From the IMG/VR virus record IMGVR_UViG_3300037861_000188, positions 1-57,671 of that record: 57,671 nt of DNA. One strand, given 5' to 3'. The notes below the pieces were generated by a model. It saw nothing but the letters and a program-made list of their open reading frames with translations, did not search any database and had not been told where the DNA came from. This DNA comes from a virus (taxonomy: Duplodnaviria; Caudoviricetes). Position 1 is the first letter of the stretch, and each line of letters begins with the position of its first letter. The position numbers and the translations under genes are program-made. Positions 1-10,504 of this stretch are shown piece after piece.

Positions 1-127
1 TAAAGCTGTAATTATTCGAAATACTTAAATCAGTTTCAAATATCTTCGCAAACTGCCCCGTACTGTTTGGGGTAACGGCAGTTGTCATCCTGATTACGCT
101 AAAATCATTTTGTAAAGGAGTTATTAC
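1..127. repeat. Terminal direct repeat (circular assembly overlap), left copy
   Basis: Bases 1-127 are identical to 57545-57671; 127 is a common assembler k-mer size; an ORF reads through the join in frame. Confidence 0.95.
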
Positions 128-574
128 TACAGGTGGAGTTACTTCCACTACGCCATCCTCAGCCCAAAGTACAACCGACAATACCAGGTTGTTGGCATCC
201 GCTGAAGGAATAACCGCACCTATCGCCAAAGCTTCAATTCCTTGCTTGACCGATACTGCTCCTGCATTGTTTCCTTGGACGATATCAAACCGAAGATTGC
301 CGACTGCCGGTAGTCCCGTTCCATTAAAGGTTAAGGCGAAATTAGTCACGCTCTCCGACTGAGACTGAAAATCAATCCATTGAGCAGTTATTGTTCCTGT
401 GGTGCTACTCGTAATTATGAGTTCCGTAGGTCCCGATAAACCCGGACCGGTTGAAGAACCCGTTCCCTGATTCCCTTCGTCTTTAATAAGCAGGAAATCT
501 GCTTCTTCAAACGGAGTACCTCCAAGTCCATAATCTCCAGCAGGTTTGTTTATAAACTCGTAGATTTTAGTCAT
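1..574 (-). CDS. 5' part of tail fibre gene that wraps the origin (continues 57544 to 56451; about 555 aa in total)
   Basis: ATG at 574 gives MTKIYEFINKPAGDYG...VITPLQNDFSVIRMTTAVTP, open to base 1 and in frame with ORF 56451..57632; missed by the ORF track. Confidence 0.85.
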   Translation of the reverse strand, partial: MTKIYEFINKPAGDYGLGGTPFEEADFLLIKDEGNQGTGSSTGPGLSGPTELIITSSTTGTITAQWIDFQSQSESVTNFALTFNGTGLPAVGNLRFDIVQGNNAGAVSVKQGIEALAIGAVIPSADANNLVLSVVLWAEDGVVEVTPPVVITPLQNDFSVIRMTTAVTPNSTGQFAKIFETDLSISNNYSF

Positions 575-586
575 TAGGCGTTTGAT

Positions 587-1687
587 TTAAACTGGATCAC
601 TATTTAAAGGTGCAATTCCACTTATTGTAAGTGCGAATACTCCTTGAGTAACTACTATCGGGGTATTTCCACTAACGGGAGGAGTCGCTAATGTAGTAAA
701 GTTTGAAAGTGTTGACCAAGCACCTGATCCAAAACTGTTCGTTGCCCTGATTTGAATGTTATATGTTGTTGATGCTGTCAAGCCATTTAAAGATATAGAT
801 GTATTTGTGTTAGCAATAATAGTACCTCCGTTAATTCTATACTGGAATCCTGTTGAATCACCCAAACTGTATGTAAAATTAACAGTCGCTGTGGTAACTT
901 GAGGAATAATATTTGTTATGGTTGGAGTTCCTGCTGGTGGAGCATTTGGAGAGGGATTTCCTGATACAGGCAAATTAATAGATGCACTATCCATAAACAA
1001 TGTTCTGGATGCAGGAACGTGACCCTGACCGTAGTTATTACATGACCACATTATCTCAACATAGGAGCCACCATTAGGAACGCTGTTTGTTAATGGCTTA
1101 GTTAATACATTGTTAATGTCATAGATAACTACATCATTCAATTCTACGATGACCCTGCCTGTGTTATTTGTAGCCTGAATATACCTTGCTTGTAACTTAA
1201 ACCACTGTTGAATGGGCACATTAACCTGATTAATTTCAGGGACATTATAAGAAGTCCCACCAAACCACTCCATAGCATGTCTTAATTCGATATAGTTAGG
1301 CCCTCCCGAACCTTTACCGCCCCTAACGTTGAACCCAAGCGTAAAGACTGGATAAGATCTATTTGTGCTATACTTAGTTTTCCATTGCATAATATTATCC
1401 CAAGATGCTCCTGACATATCAAAGGATTCATTAGCCCAATACCAACACGTATAAATTGCATCTGAATTATTTCTAGTTGCTCCCTCATACTCGAAATACT
1501 GTGTAGATGCTAATTGATTAATGCCCATATTGCATACAGTCTTAATACTGTGAGTTCCTGCTTGAGGTCTTTCCGTAGAAACTTGATTAATTATAACGTT
1601 AGCTGCACTCATCAAAAAGTTTCCTGACCACTGATTTGCATTGCCAGCATCCATATTTGCGCTGAATAATTGAGTTCCTAAGATCAT
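587..1687 (-). CDS. Putative polysaccharide lyase-like/lectin receptor-binding protein with C-terminal fibronectin type III domain
   Basis: Beta-rich N-domain (NIMQWK, VPIQQWFKL, GRVIVELND, LFMDS); FN3 signature GLTASTTYNIQIRATNSFGSGAWS; lies in the tail module. Confidence 0.65.
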   Translation of the reverse strand: MILGTQLFSANMDAGNANQWSGNFLMSAANVIINQVSTERPQAGTHSIKTVCNMGINQLASTQYFEYEGATRNNSDAIYTCWYWANESFDMSGASWDNIMQWKTKYSTNRSYPVFTLGFNVRGGKGSGGPNYIELRHAMEWFGGTSYNVPEINQVNVPIQQWFKLQARYIQATNNTGRVIVELNDVVIYDINNVLTKPLTNSVPNGGSYVEIMWSCNNYGQGHVPASRTLFMDSASINLPVSGNPSPNAPPAGTPTITNIIPQVTTATVNFTYSLGDSTGFQYRINGGTIIANTNTSISLNGLTASTTYNIQIRATNSFGSGAWSTLSNFTTLATPPVSGNTPIVVTQGVFALTISGIAPLNSDPV

Positions 1688-3180
1688 GATCTTATAGCGA
1701 TTAATATTCCTCCATTTTGATCTTCGATTGGAACTGTATAAATAAAGTTCTCTGTAGTTCCCGCTTCTCGAATAACGCTAAAAACCTTGATTGATCTAAA
1801 AGGAGAGAAATTATCAAACTTTACATCAACTGTTGTGGCATCTGTTGGTAATTCTAAGGTTGCTTGATTATTATTTCCACCACTTGCTATAAGACATAAA
1901 ACCAATCTATTTTGAGGTAAAGTAATTCCAGTAATTGTTTTTCCCGTATTACCAGTGTTAGGTGTCGGAGTTCCAATGACTAAAGAAGCTAATCCTGCAT
2001 ATACAGTATTTTCAAAGTACACTACAGAAACTCCCTTTGTCTCACCAACTACTGTTGTAAATGTGAAAGTATTTGGGTCAGCTACCTGTTTTACCCGTGT
2101 AAATATCGCTACAGGAGAACTTGCAACAGTATCCCACCCTGCTGGTGGGGTTATAACATCGGCTACATTTGCATTAAATAGTGATACCAACATTAATTCC
2201 CCTACGCTTGCTTCTGTTAGGTCTACTGAGTATGTACGTGCCCCCACTGGACCAACAGTAGCAAACGACCCAAGCCCTTTAACTGTTGGTAACAAAGCTG
2301 AAAGAAATACTTCATTTTCACAAAGAACTCTACTTGCTGAAATAAATGTAAAAGTAAGTACGTTTAAAGCACCTGCTACTGTTGAATAGGCATCACCTTT
2401 AAATTTTACTTTACTATCGGATACCGCTGATGGGATTGCAGAAGCGTTAGAATATACTATACACTTGTTTCCTGCCTTTCCTCCAGCCATATTAAGAGTC
2501 AATCCAGTTGTAAGATTTGAAAATCCTGTTGCACCTCCAATAACATAGTTTAAGTTGAATGCTACAACGGCAGAAGTGGGAGCGAGTGGAAAGCTTATTG
2601 TTGTTAAGAGAAGTTGATTTGCAGGAGATAAACCAAATTGATCTATATTACTTTCAATTAATCCTGAGACTGTTGCCTTGTCTTGAGTTCCTATGTGATT
2701 TGATCTAGTCCTATCTGTTATGCTGTTCAACTCCAATGCTTCATTTGATGCCTTACCAGCAAGCGCATTAACAAGGCCTGCAATACTGGGAATCGATAAA
2801 GCCTCAAGATTTGCCCTGTTTAGCTCTATATAATCCACAACCTCCTGAAGACTGTCTAAAGTTGTAGTATCACTTAACAATAAAGTGTTGATAGCATCAA
2901 TCAAGTTCTTGAGTATTCTTCCTTGATTTGCTGTTAGAGGAGCTGTAGTCGAAGTGCTGTTCAGGTTATTTACTAAAGAGGAAATGTTTAATTTTAAGTC
3001 GTCTAAAGCTGTAACCTCAGTAAGAGTTGGTTTAGCAGTGTTTGCCTCAACAGACGCAAGCGTTGGCACCTGGCCTATGTCAGGCTTGGTAGCAAAGTGA
3101 TTTACTAAAAGATTTATCTCTTGGTGTGTAACTAAATCACCAACGGATTTTGTTGCTATGTTTGGTTTTGATGAGGCCAT
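1684..3180 (-). CDS. Tail fibre protein
   Basis: Fibre motifs VNNLNSTSTTAPLTANQGRILK, TLDSLQEVVDYI, SIAGLVNALAGK, DRTRSNHIGTQ; lectin-like C-terminus. Confidence 0.75.
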   Translation of the reverse strand: MASSKPNIATKSVGDLVTHQEINLLVNHFATKPDIGQVPTLASVEANTAKPTLTEVTALDDLKLNISSLVNNLNSTSTTAPLTANQGRILKNLIDAINTLLLSDTTTLDSLQEVVDYIELNRANLEALSIPSIAGLVNALAGKASNEALELNSITDRTRSNHIGTQDKATVSGLIESNIDQFGLSPANQLLLTTISFPLAPTSAVVAFNLNYVIGGATGFSNLTTGLTLNMAGGKAGNKCIVYSNASAIPSAVSDSKVKFKGDAYSTVAGALNVLTFTFISASRVLCENEVFLSALLPTVKGLGSFATVGPVGARTYSVDLTEASVGELMLVSLFNANVADVITPPAGWDTVASSPVAIFTRVKQVADPNTFTFTTVVGETKGVSVVYFENTVYAGLASLVIGTPTPNTGNTGKTITGITLPQNRLVLCLIASGGNNNQATLELPTDATTVDVKFDNFSPFRSIKVFSVIREAGTTENFIYTVPIEDQNGGILIAIRS

Positions 3181-3181
3181 A

Positions 3182-3553
3182 TTATGTTAGTGTAAATGGT
3201 AGAACGTATCGTAATCCAATGTTTATATTTGGGCGAATTACAATATTTAATTTTGAGTTCCGCTTTGAATAAATAACACTTATTGTACTGTTTAAATATG
3301 TTTTGATCTGATTTTCAACTGTTCCGGAACCTGACAAATCCGCTGAATTTATATAAATCACTTTCACCTCATTGTCTGCCTGATACCGACCATCGTTGTA
3401 TTGCCTGTTTCCTACCTGCTGATCTCCTGTCTCGCCAAGGATTGGAACGTCCTCCAGTCGAATCCGCTCTCCCTCTCCCAAATGAATAGATTCAGTGGGG
3501 TTTCCTGTGGCGTTATGCCCCTCTCTGCCGTGCCTGTTTCGTTTATTCTCCAT
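3182..3553 (-). CDS. Hypothetical virion/tail protein
   Basis: Start coupled to the nozzle gene stop; C-terminal GLRYVLPFTL; tail context. Confidence 0.6.
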   Translation of the reverse strand: MENKRNRHGREGHNATGNPTESIHLGEGERIRLEDVPILGETGDQQVGNRQYNDGRYQADNEVKVIYINSADLSGSGTVENQIKTYLNSTISVIYSKRNSKLNIVIRPNINIGLRYVLPFTLT

Positions 3554-6500
3554 TAGGTCAGTAGAACTCGGTATGGTGTCGCTGGATTGACCAGTATGGT
3601 AATATCAAAAGTGTCTTTATTCACCCGAACAGGTGCCTCAAAGGTGTAGCCGTCTGCGTCCCGTAATGTCACGTCAGGTTCACGGTTAAGGCCATGTATT
3701 GAGGCTGGAAGTGTAAATAGTTCCGTTGTGATGATGTCTGGATGCACGTAGTAATTTTTAAAATCGCCTGAAGGGTAATTGACAATGGAAATTCCCAATT
3801 GTCCCATTGTGAACAGGTATTGTGATGATCCATTGAACCTTCTCCTGGTAGTCTCATATCGGAATTCAACATCGGTGTCCAATCCCTGAATTTGGGCCTG
3901 TCTGTGATAATTGGTGCCTGATAAAATCACCCGATAAGCATACATGCTCCCATTTTGGTTGTATATCCTTGGATCGTAGAGGTTATTGGTTTTAATACTC
4001 TGATCATATAGGGTGTAGATCATGTTCTGATCATCCCGATACCCCATTAAAGTGACCCGTAAAGGTAGATAGCTTTCTGCGTTTTCCTGCAAAGGCTGCT
4101 TCAATGCCATACGGACTATGCTTGGAAACAGTCGCTTGAATACATAGGGCTGCTGATACTGGATCACTCGGCTGATTAATGACCATGCTACCGGACTGAG
4201 CTCATTCTTGCTGCTGAAATCCTTCAATACATTGTCTGTGGTTAATCCCAAGAGTTCAGGATAGTCGTTGAAGAAGAACTTGAATCGCTCGGTGGCTTTG
4301 TACCATACTTTGTATTTCAAATTGTAGCAAAGGGAATAGTCAAAGAACGGATTGGAGAAAATCAATTCCTCGTAATCACTCGCCCGGTGAAATCCTATGC
4401 GTATTTGTTTCAAATAGTCCTTGTAGTCCGGATCATTGGCAATCTGATCATCTATTCGGGTAGATTCCAATCCTGCAAGTGCATAGATGTATTTATTGTC
4501 GCAAGCAATGATTAAACTACCTGCATTCGTGATGGCGTAAGGGTTGTTTATCCCGTTAAAGTTGCTCACTGGGGATATTCTGCCAAAGGCTATGTTTGGA
4601 TCTCCGGTTTGCTCAAGTGCTGAAACTCCTTTGTCAGTGAACACATACAAAGGGTACTGACCTGCCTGACCTTCGGATGTTGGATTTAAGTTAAGCGCAA
4701 AACCTAAAACTATCTCCTGCTCACTGTTCCCCACCCGGTAGGTTGCTGCCGGATCAAAAATAAATCCATTGCCTGAAATGCTAGCCCTGATTCGGTTCGG
4801 CACATACTGGACTTGATTGTTTACTGTCAAATCCAAAGTGGGGACTATTGGTTTGACCGTTGCTATTGTTAGGGACTGCTCCAAGGCACTCAAGAAAATG
4901 TATGAGTAATTGCTTTCTGGGTGCTGGATGAGATCCTTGTCTAAGAATAACTCGAATGTCGCTCCCTTTTGGACAATCAGTTCGTATTTGGTAGCCCTTC
5001 GATCTGGGTACCATATCTGAGACGGAAGATTCAGCACCGCTTCAGTATCGGCCATCTGGGAGGTTAGCACTCGGTAAAATATTCCTGAATCGGTCTTGAT
5101 GGTGATTCGGTGATAGATGTTGAAGGTTCCTGTAGTGGCTCCTGGCAAGAGTTGAAATCCTGAAAACCCCATAATAGGGGGCACATTTCCTAACGGGAAT
5201 ACTCGAAAGTTTAAGATTTGATCTGCCGCACTTCCGATTGGACCTACTGTAAGCTCAATGTCCAGCCATGGGTTTTGACCAGTGAACTGCCCTGATGGGG
5301 ATTGGAATGTTGTCTGATTGGTTTGAATGTAAAAGTCAAGTTTCCCCGCTGCAATCCCTACCAGTTGGGTGTATCTTGGATATAACGTAGGTTGTGCCGG
5401 AGGCTGTGTTGCGCCCTGTGCTAAAGAAGAGGCAAGAACTACAACCGTTTTAAAGTCTCTTCCTGCCAAGGGAATAAATGATGCGTTATACGTAGTGTTG
5501 AAAACATCATAGCTATACTCTGGATCATCGGTGGTGGTCTGAACTCCTGCTGCGGTCCAATAAGATCTGGCTACGGTTGCTGTTCCTCCTTGAACATAGC
5601 TCATATAATCGATATACGTTCCTTCGGGAATAGTCCCTGTAAAAGCAGTGCTCTGAACTTTTGGTAAAGCGAAATCAACGGCACTACCTCCAAGAAGAAT
5701 CCGCTTGTTATAGGTGAATGCTGTCCGTGACGGAATCCTGTGGTGGGTAAAGTTGTCTATACCTATTTTTCTACCTGTAGGCCAATCATCGGACTTTCGA
5801 TTTACAGTAATGATATTTGGGTCATCGGCTGTAGGCCATTCATTCTGAGCAAGACGATCTATGCGTGAAAAATAACCTACCTCAAAAAAGGCCCCATCAT
5901 TCAATGCTTCCTGCTCGTTGTTTCTCGGAATGGTAACAGAAAGGGATATCCCTGCAATCAGTGCTTTCCAAAATGGAAGATTCAAGATCGTTTTTTCACT
6001 CTCCGTATAGCCGACTAGCGTAAATATAGGCTTGTAGGCAAATGAGAAATTAGGAGTTGCTGTAACTATTTGAGGAACCTTGACTAATATAGGTGCCTGA
6101 TGCTTTACATGGCCTCCGTCAAATAATCTAAATGCCCATGACGCTAAAAACCATTGATCTGTGGATTCTCGTATCACTCCTTGGGTGTCACCTGCTTCAA
6201 CTTGCACTGTGGTTAAAGCGACTTCTTCGGTAGTAAAGGTGATTTTTGGGGTGTCAATCCATCCTGAATTGACAAATACATCATCCAGCAAATAGTAAAG
6301 TAAATAAGGAACTTTGTCTTTTGAGATTGAAATAACCGTCACCTCATCCAATATAGTGCAGCTCCAGGTATAACTTCCGTCATTTGGAAGGGCTTGAGTT
6401 TTTACCACTGCCCAGGTAATAGGATCGATTATATCAATAACCTTTCTGGTTGTGCTTTGAGAAAGCACCAAAAGTCTTTTTAAACTGCCTCCTACTGGGT

Positions 6501-6759
6501 CTATGGAAAATTGACCTCTGTGGTTCCTGACTTGGTAAAATGCGTCAGTAATAGAAGGAATACCAAACGCATAAGTAAAGTCTGTTCCTGCGCTGTTTTT
6601 TAATCGATTAATTTTTTCGAAAGGTGCCCAATAAGGTCTTTCAAGCGTGCCTTTAGGCTTTAGGTTGATGATTGAATCGCATAGTCCGTCCACACTCTGA
6701 TCGTTCAGAAGTTGGTTGTTCATCCCTAAAAATGGAATAGGTACTACGGTTCCTCTCAT
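3553..6759 (-). CDS. Tail nozzle/stabilisation protein (podovirus-like tail tube)
   Basis: 1068 aa, beta-rich; QAGQYPLYVFTDKGVSAL motif typical of Bacteroidota phage stabilisation proteins; follows adaptor genes. Confidence 0.65.
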   Translation of the reverse strand: MRGTVVPIPFLGMNNQLLNDQSVDGLCDSIINLKPKGTLERPYWAPFEKINRLKNSAGTDFTYAFGIPSITDAFYQVRNHRGQFSIDPVGGSLKRLLVLSQSTTRKVIDIIDPITWAVVKTQALPNDGSYTWSCTILDEVTVISISKDKVPYLLYYLLDDVFVNSGWIDTPKITFTTEEVALTTVQVEAGDTQGVIRESTDQWFLASWAFRLFDGGHVKHQAPILVKVPQIVTATPNFSFAYKPIFTLVGYTESEKTILNLPFWKALIAGISLSVTIPRNNEQEALNDGAFFEVGYFSRIDRLAQNEWPTADDPNIITVNRKSDDWPTGRKIGIDNFTHHRIPSRTAFTYNKRILLGGSAVDFALPKVQSTAFTGTIPEGTYIDYMSYVQGGTATVARSYWTAAGVQTTTDDPEYSYDVFNTTYNASFIPLAGRDFKTVVVLASSLAQGATQPPAQPTLYPRYTQLVGIAAGKLDFYIQTNQTTFQSPSGQFTGQNPWLDIELTVGPIGSAADQILNFRVFPLGNVPPIMGFSGFQLLPGATTGTFNIYHRITIKTDSGIFYRVLTSQMADTEAVLNLPSQIWYPDRRATKYELIVQKGATFELFLDKDLIQHPESNYSYIFLSALEQSLTIATVKPIVPTLDLTVNNQVQYVPNRIRASISGNGFIFDPAATYRVGNSEQEIVLGFALNLNPTSEGQAGQYPLYVFTDKGVSALEQTGDPNIAFGRISPVSNFNGINNPYAITNAGSLIIACDNKYIYALAGLESTRIDDQIANDPDYKDYLKQIRIGFHRASDYEELIFSNPFFDYSLCYNLKYKVWYKATERFKFFFNDYPELLGLTTDNVLKDFSSKNELSPVAWSLISRVIQYQQPYVFKRLFPSIVRMALKQPLQENAESYLPLRVTLMGYRDDQNMIYTLYDQSIKTNNLYDPRIYNQNGSMYAYRVILSGTNYHRQAQIQGLDTDVEFRYETTRRRFNGSSQYLFTMGQLGISIVNYPSGDFKNYYVHPDIITTELFTLPASIHGLNREPDVTLRDADGYTFEAPVRVNKDTFDITILVNPATPYRVLLT

Positions 6760-6772
6760 GGTTACTCATTAT

Positions 6773-7363
6773 TTAAAAAGGTCTGTAAGATTTTCTGGTA
6801 TTGATGGTCTTTTGACTGTTCAGGCTGTTGGTCTTGATCAAGTATTTGAATTTTTCAAACTCTGAAAAATTAAGCATCATCGCATCGGTGATTTTATTGA
6901 GCTGAAACCACTTGTAAAGGATGTAGTGGATCAATGCAGATCGTATGTAGGTTTGGGTAATGGTGTATTTCAAAGGGTTGATACCTTCCATTTCAGTGAC
7001 ATTGAAGTCCATAATATCCATCTCTCCTTTATCCAAAAGCTCCCCGGTCTGCTTTTCGTTGTTCATAAGGTCACGGACATTTTTTGCATCGTGTGGGTTT
7101 GGGCTTTCTGCGGTATAAGCTGCTGTCAATGCTTCAAATCCTGTCTGACTAGCCACGGAAATGTAATTGGCATTGTCTGCAATCTGTACGGCTCCCTCAT
7201 TGGCAAATGAAAATATTACCCCGAAATCATCCGGGCAGATTACTATTTTCTCGGATAGCATATCATCTTCAACCATCCGTGAATGAAACTTGCTTAATGC
7301 AATCGTTTCATTAAAAATGTCTTGAAGATCAACCCGAATGCTGTTAAAATTATCTGTTTCCAT
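6773..7363 (-). CDS. Head-tail adaptor-like protein
   Basis: Helical; YIRSALIHYILYKWF motif; position after capsid genes. Confidence 0.55.
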   Translation of the reverse strand: METDNFNSIRVDLQDIFNETIALSKFHSRMVEDDMLSEKIVICPDDFGVIFSFANEGAVQIADNANYISVASQTGFEALTAAYTAESPNPHDAKNVRDLMNNEKQTGELLDKGEMDIMDFNVTEMEGINPLKYTITQTYIRSALIHYILYKWFQLNKITDAMMLNFSEFEKFKYLIKTNSLNSQKTINTRKSYRPF

Positions 7364-8451
7364 TATCCGCCTCCGACTAGTCCGTACATATTTTCAAAAT
7401 ACTTCAATGCCTGTCCTCTGGCGATTTCTGCCCGTTGTGGCTGATTCATCATGTGAAGCGTTCTTGCTGCCGCTTCCCAACAAGTAGCATCAATCAAATC
7501 ATTTGGCATCTGTTCTGCCGGGATGATTGGCACATAAAGGAATTGCAATAGTGATGGCTGCACTTTGCTTGAAAAGCACTCAATGGCCAGTCGTGTATTG
7601 GAATAGGTTTGTGATATCTCTGCGTTTGTGTAGTCTATAAAGCTGATCAATGCGGCCTTTGGTTTGGTTTCCGACCCGGAGTGCATTGAATTGTTTTTCA
7701 TAAATCGATACTTTGGATCTTCTTCAGGAATCAATTCGGTAGCCTGAACCTTCCAAGAACTGAGCTTAATGCTGATAAATCGTGCAAAATCGGCAGGACA
7801 AGGAATGATGGAGGTTTTTTCCGTTGCGGAATAGATCAACCGCACCGGAGGATTACTCGGAGACGCAACCAAAGGACCTGATAAGTAGGTCTTGTCAAAA
7901 CCCCCGGCTCCATCGTCAAGAATCAAAACTTTCAGGACCAGTACCGTTCCTGCAGGTGTGTTTGGAAAATCCAAGGATGCTGCATTTGTGTTCTGACTTC
8001 CTGTAATGTATTGTAATTGCCCAAGATTATTTCCTACAATTATATCCCTACGGTTGTTTCCTGCGGCTGGATTACTACCCGCTGTTACCATCATGGGGTT
8101 TCCAGTATAGTTTACTCCGTTGATGTTGTAGGAGACTGCATTGATGCATGTCAGGATTTGGGTAATGGATGTCAGGATTTGGTTAACCACATTGGTGCCT
8201 CCTACTGTGAGTAAACCCGTAAATGCCGATGGAGTACTTGGAAAGTGATTTACCGCCTTCTTTAAAGTTTGCTTCACCATCACAATAGGCGCATTCCTGA
8301 GAATGAACTTTGCCGATTCGTCAAGTACCTCTTCAATGTACTTCACCGAAGCCTCTCTATACGCTTGGCCCTGTACGCCTTCTACCGGAGGAAGAACCTC
8401 GTCAATTTTGGCAGAAACTCGGTCAATAAGATCGTTTTTCGTATAAACCAT
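7363..8451 (-). CDS. Head-tail connector/adaptor protein with internal beta insertion
   Basis: IPCPADFARFISIKLSSWK, GSETKPKA and LIDATCWEAAARTL motifs of connector proteins. Confidence 0.6.
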   Translation of the reverse strand: MVYTKNDLIDRVSAKIDEVLPPVEGVQGQAYREASVKYIEEVLDESAKFILRNAPIVMVKQTLKKAVNHFPSTPSAFTGLLTVGGTNVVNQILTSITQILTCINAVSYNINGVNYTGNPMMVTAGSNPAAGNNRRDIIVGNNLGQLQYITGSQNTNAASLDFPNTPAGTVLVLKVLILDDGAGGFDKTYLSGPLVASPSNPPVRLIYSATEKTSIIPCPADFARFISIKLSSWKVQATELIPEEDPKYRFMKNNSMHSGSETKPKAALISFIDYTNAEISQTYSNTRLAIECFSSKVQPSLLQFLYVPIIPAEQMPNDLIDATCWEAAARTLHMMNQPQRAEIARGQALKYFENMYGLVGGG

Positions 8452-8466
8452 TGTAGCTGAGAAAGA

Positions 8467-9021
8467 TTAAAGGTTCGGAAATGAAATATTCAGTGTTTCG
8501 GCTTTCTTGTGAACATCTGCTCTTGTTCTTACAGTGCCCGTGTTTACTGTGTTGTCTAGTCCTTTTAAGATCATAAATGCCTGTTGGACGATTGTGGCTT
8601 CTGGGTACTCTTTAATATTGGATTCTTTAGGTGCTTTTTCAGTAATCGATTCAGTTTCATCATCAGAAGGATCAGCTACAGTGAAAACTGTTACCAATTC
8701 GGTTTCTGGCTCTGGTGTTGGCTCTGGTGCTGCTGCCTTCTTTTCAGGTTTTGCAGTAGGGATTACCGCTTTTTCCTTTGGTTCTTTCACTTCTTCGAAA
8801 AGCTGTCCACCGTTGGCTGAATTGCCCGGATAGTCTCTGAGGAATTTTACCAAATCAGGGCTTTCGGAATATAGATAAGCAGGAACATGCCCTGTTCGGG
8901 TGTTGAGCCCATTGTTAAAAGTGATGCCCTGATCTTTGGTGATTGCGCCAGTTTCAGGATTTCGCTCAATCCACGGGATGTAAAGTGATCGAACGCCCCA
9001 GAGTGCTTGGAATTTTGACAT
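8467..9021 (-). CDS. Hypothetical capsid-associated protein
   Basis: Directly downstream of the MCP gene; P/E/K-rich linker; C-terminal ISFPNL. Confidence 0.55.
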   Translation of the reverse strand: MSKFQALWGVRSLYIPWIERNPETGAITKDQGITFNNGLNTRTGHVPAYLYSESPDLVKFLRDYPGNSANGGQLFEEVKEPKEKAVIPTAKPEKKAAAPEPTPEPETELVTVFTVADPSDDETESITEKAPKESNIKEYPEATIVQQAFMILKGLDNTVNTGTVRTRADVHKKAETLNISFPNL

Positions 9022-9045
9022 TACTGTATGAGTTGAATTGGATGG

Positions 9046-9072
9046 AAAAGAAAGGGCAGGATTAACCTGCCC
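9046..9072 (-). terminator. Intrinsic terminator after the major capsid gene
   Basis: GGGCAGG-5 nt loop-CCTGCCC followed by TTTCTTTT on the minus strand. Confidence 0.75.
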
Positions 9073-9081
9073 CTTTTAGAC

Positions 9082-10473
9082 TTAAGGTGCTGTATTTACA
9101 ATTCTTGCGTGTGAAGCAAGATATCTTGTCTCCACGCATCCAATTTCCTCAATCAAAGTGGCATTCGTGTTGGATTGACCTGAACTTCTCAAAGTCAACT
9201 CACGGCTGTTCAAGGCAAGGAATGGTCTTTTCTTGATGTTGGTCAAGTCAACGACCATCCCGTCATTTGCGTGATCCATGATGTCAAACAATTTGTGATA
9301 CTTCAGGTATAGCATACCGAAGCTAGTTTCTACCTTCATCACTTTGACGCCTGGTACTACCTCTACTCTTTCAGCTTCAAGCTGCTTTTCGATAGCGGCA
9401 ATTTTTAGGATGTTCGCCATCAATTCTTTTCCTGCAAACAACATTCTATCCTCTGCCCCGGAGTTATCCGCAAAAATCTGCTTAGTCCAGTCAATCCAAG
9501 TATTCGTAGTGATTCCTCCCGCTGTGGTGTATGGAAGCACTTTCTCCAACTGGTGAAAGATACCGTCCGCATAAAGCACGTTTGCTTTTTCCTTCTTGGA
9601 ATAAACCTTTCCCCGAACTCCGAAAATGGATGCTTTCTCAATCTCAGTTCTGAAATCATACATCCGGATAAAGTTTTGATCTTTATCGCTGAATCCTGAT
9701 TTAGAGTCAATCATGGAACGGATATACCCCTCGTCAATCTGCGCTAAGTGTCTCTGGCAATTGTTGAATCGGTTGCCCGGAATCATCGTTTTGTTTTCTG
9801 CTTTAGCCCGATCTTCACCGTATGCAGTAGCCGAACGCCTGATTGCTGTGTTGATTGGGATAGCAGGTACTACGTTGTCTGCCGTGTTAATTCCTGTTAC
9901 CTGAAGGGTGCCGTTCTCATTGATTGTATCTACACGCAATTGAAGCGGCTTGCCATTAAGACCAGTAAGACTTTTCACATAAATGGACTCTCCAATAACC
10001 CAAAGGTCCGGATTGCCTACCGTGATGTTTCTAAACTTGTCCGCATCGGCAGTTCCAGCTGGAGCACCAAGCGCAATGGTCACCTGATCGGCATGACCTC
10101 TAAAATCCACTTCTTCGAAATTCACTACCAAGTCGGTTGCTTTCTCGCTCGAATTCATTTCTCTCAATAATGTGTCGAGTGAGAAATCATCGGGCTTGAT
10201 CATGGTGACGAACTTGGACACATCATCGGCAATGTGACCTGGATCATCTGCCGATCTTGGTCTGGCATTATCGGTGGATTCTCTAGTATTGGATGCTAAA
10301 ATGGTCGTTGCCGCCACTGTGAATCCAGTACCGCCCCCTGTGAAGCCCAACAAGGCTACAAAGGAATCAGCCATGTCCGGTGCAATCATGGACACCACTG
10401 ATAAAGCTGCAATCGCTACCAAGAACATATAAAATGCCCCCTTCACGAAATTTAAAATTGATTGCTTTTTCAT
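9082..10473 (-). CDS. Major capsid protein (DUF5309/SU10-like, HK97 fold)
   Basis: Follows scaffold and has its own terminator; motifs RFNNCQRH, RTEIEKASIFG, GIFHQL, VETSFGMLYLKYHKLF, GMVVDL. Confidence 0.8.
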   Translation of the reverse strand: MKKQSILNFVKGAFYMFLVAIAALSVVSMIAPDMADSFVALLGFTGGGTGFTVAATTILASNTRESTDNARPRSADDPGHIADDVSKFVTMIKPDDFSLDTLLREMNSSEKATDLVVNFEEVDFRGHADQVTIALGAPAGTADADKFRNITVGNPDLWVIGESIYVKSLTGLNGKPLQLRVDTINENGTLQVTGINTADNVVPAIPINTAIRRSATAYGEDRAKAENKTMIPGNRFNNCQRHLAQIDEGYIRSMIDSKSGFSDKDQNFIRMYDFRTEIEKASIFGVRGKVYSKKEKANVLYADGIFHQLEKVLPYTTAGGITTNTWIDWTKQIFADNSGAEDRMLFAGKELMANILKIAAIEKQLEAERVEVVPGVKVMKVETSFGMLYLKYHKLFDIMDHANDGMVVDLTNIKKRPFLALNSRELTLRSSGQSNTNATLIEEIGCVETRYLASHARIVNTAP

Positions 10474-10504
10474 TATGGTATTAAGGTTTGGTTTAGTTGG
10501 TTTT

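Noticed and set aside
1-127. Terminal repeat as a biological DTR or att site
   Set aside because: Length equals a common assembler k-mer and it falls mid-gene; it indicates circularity only.
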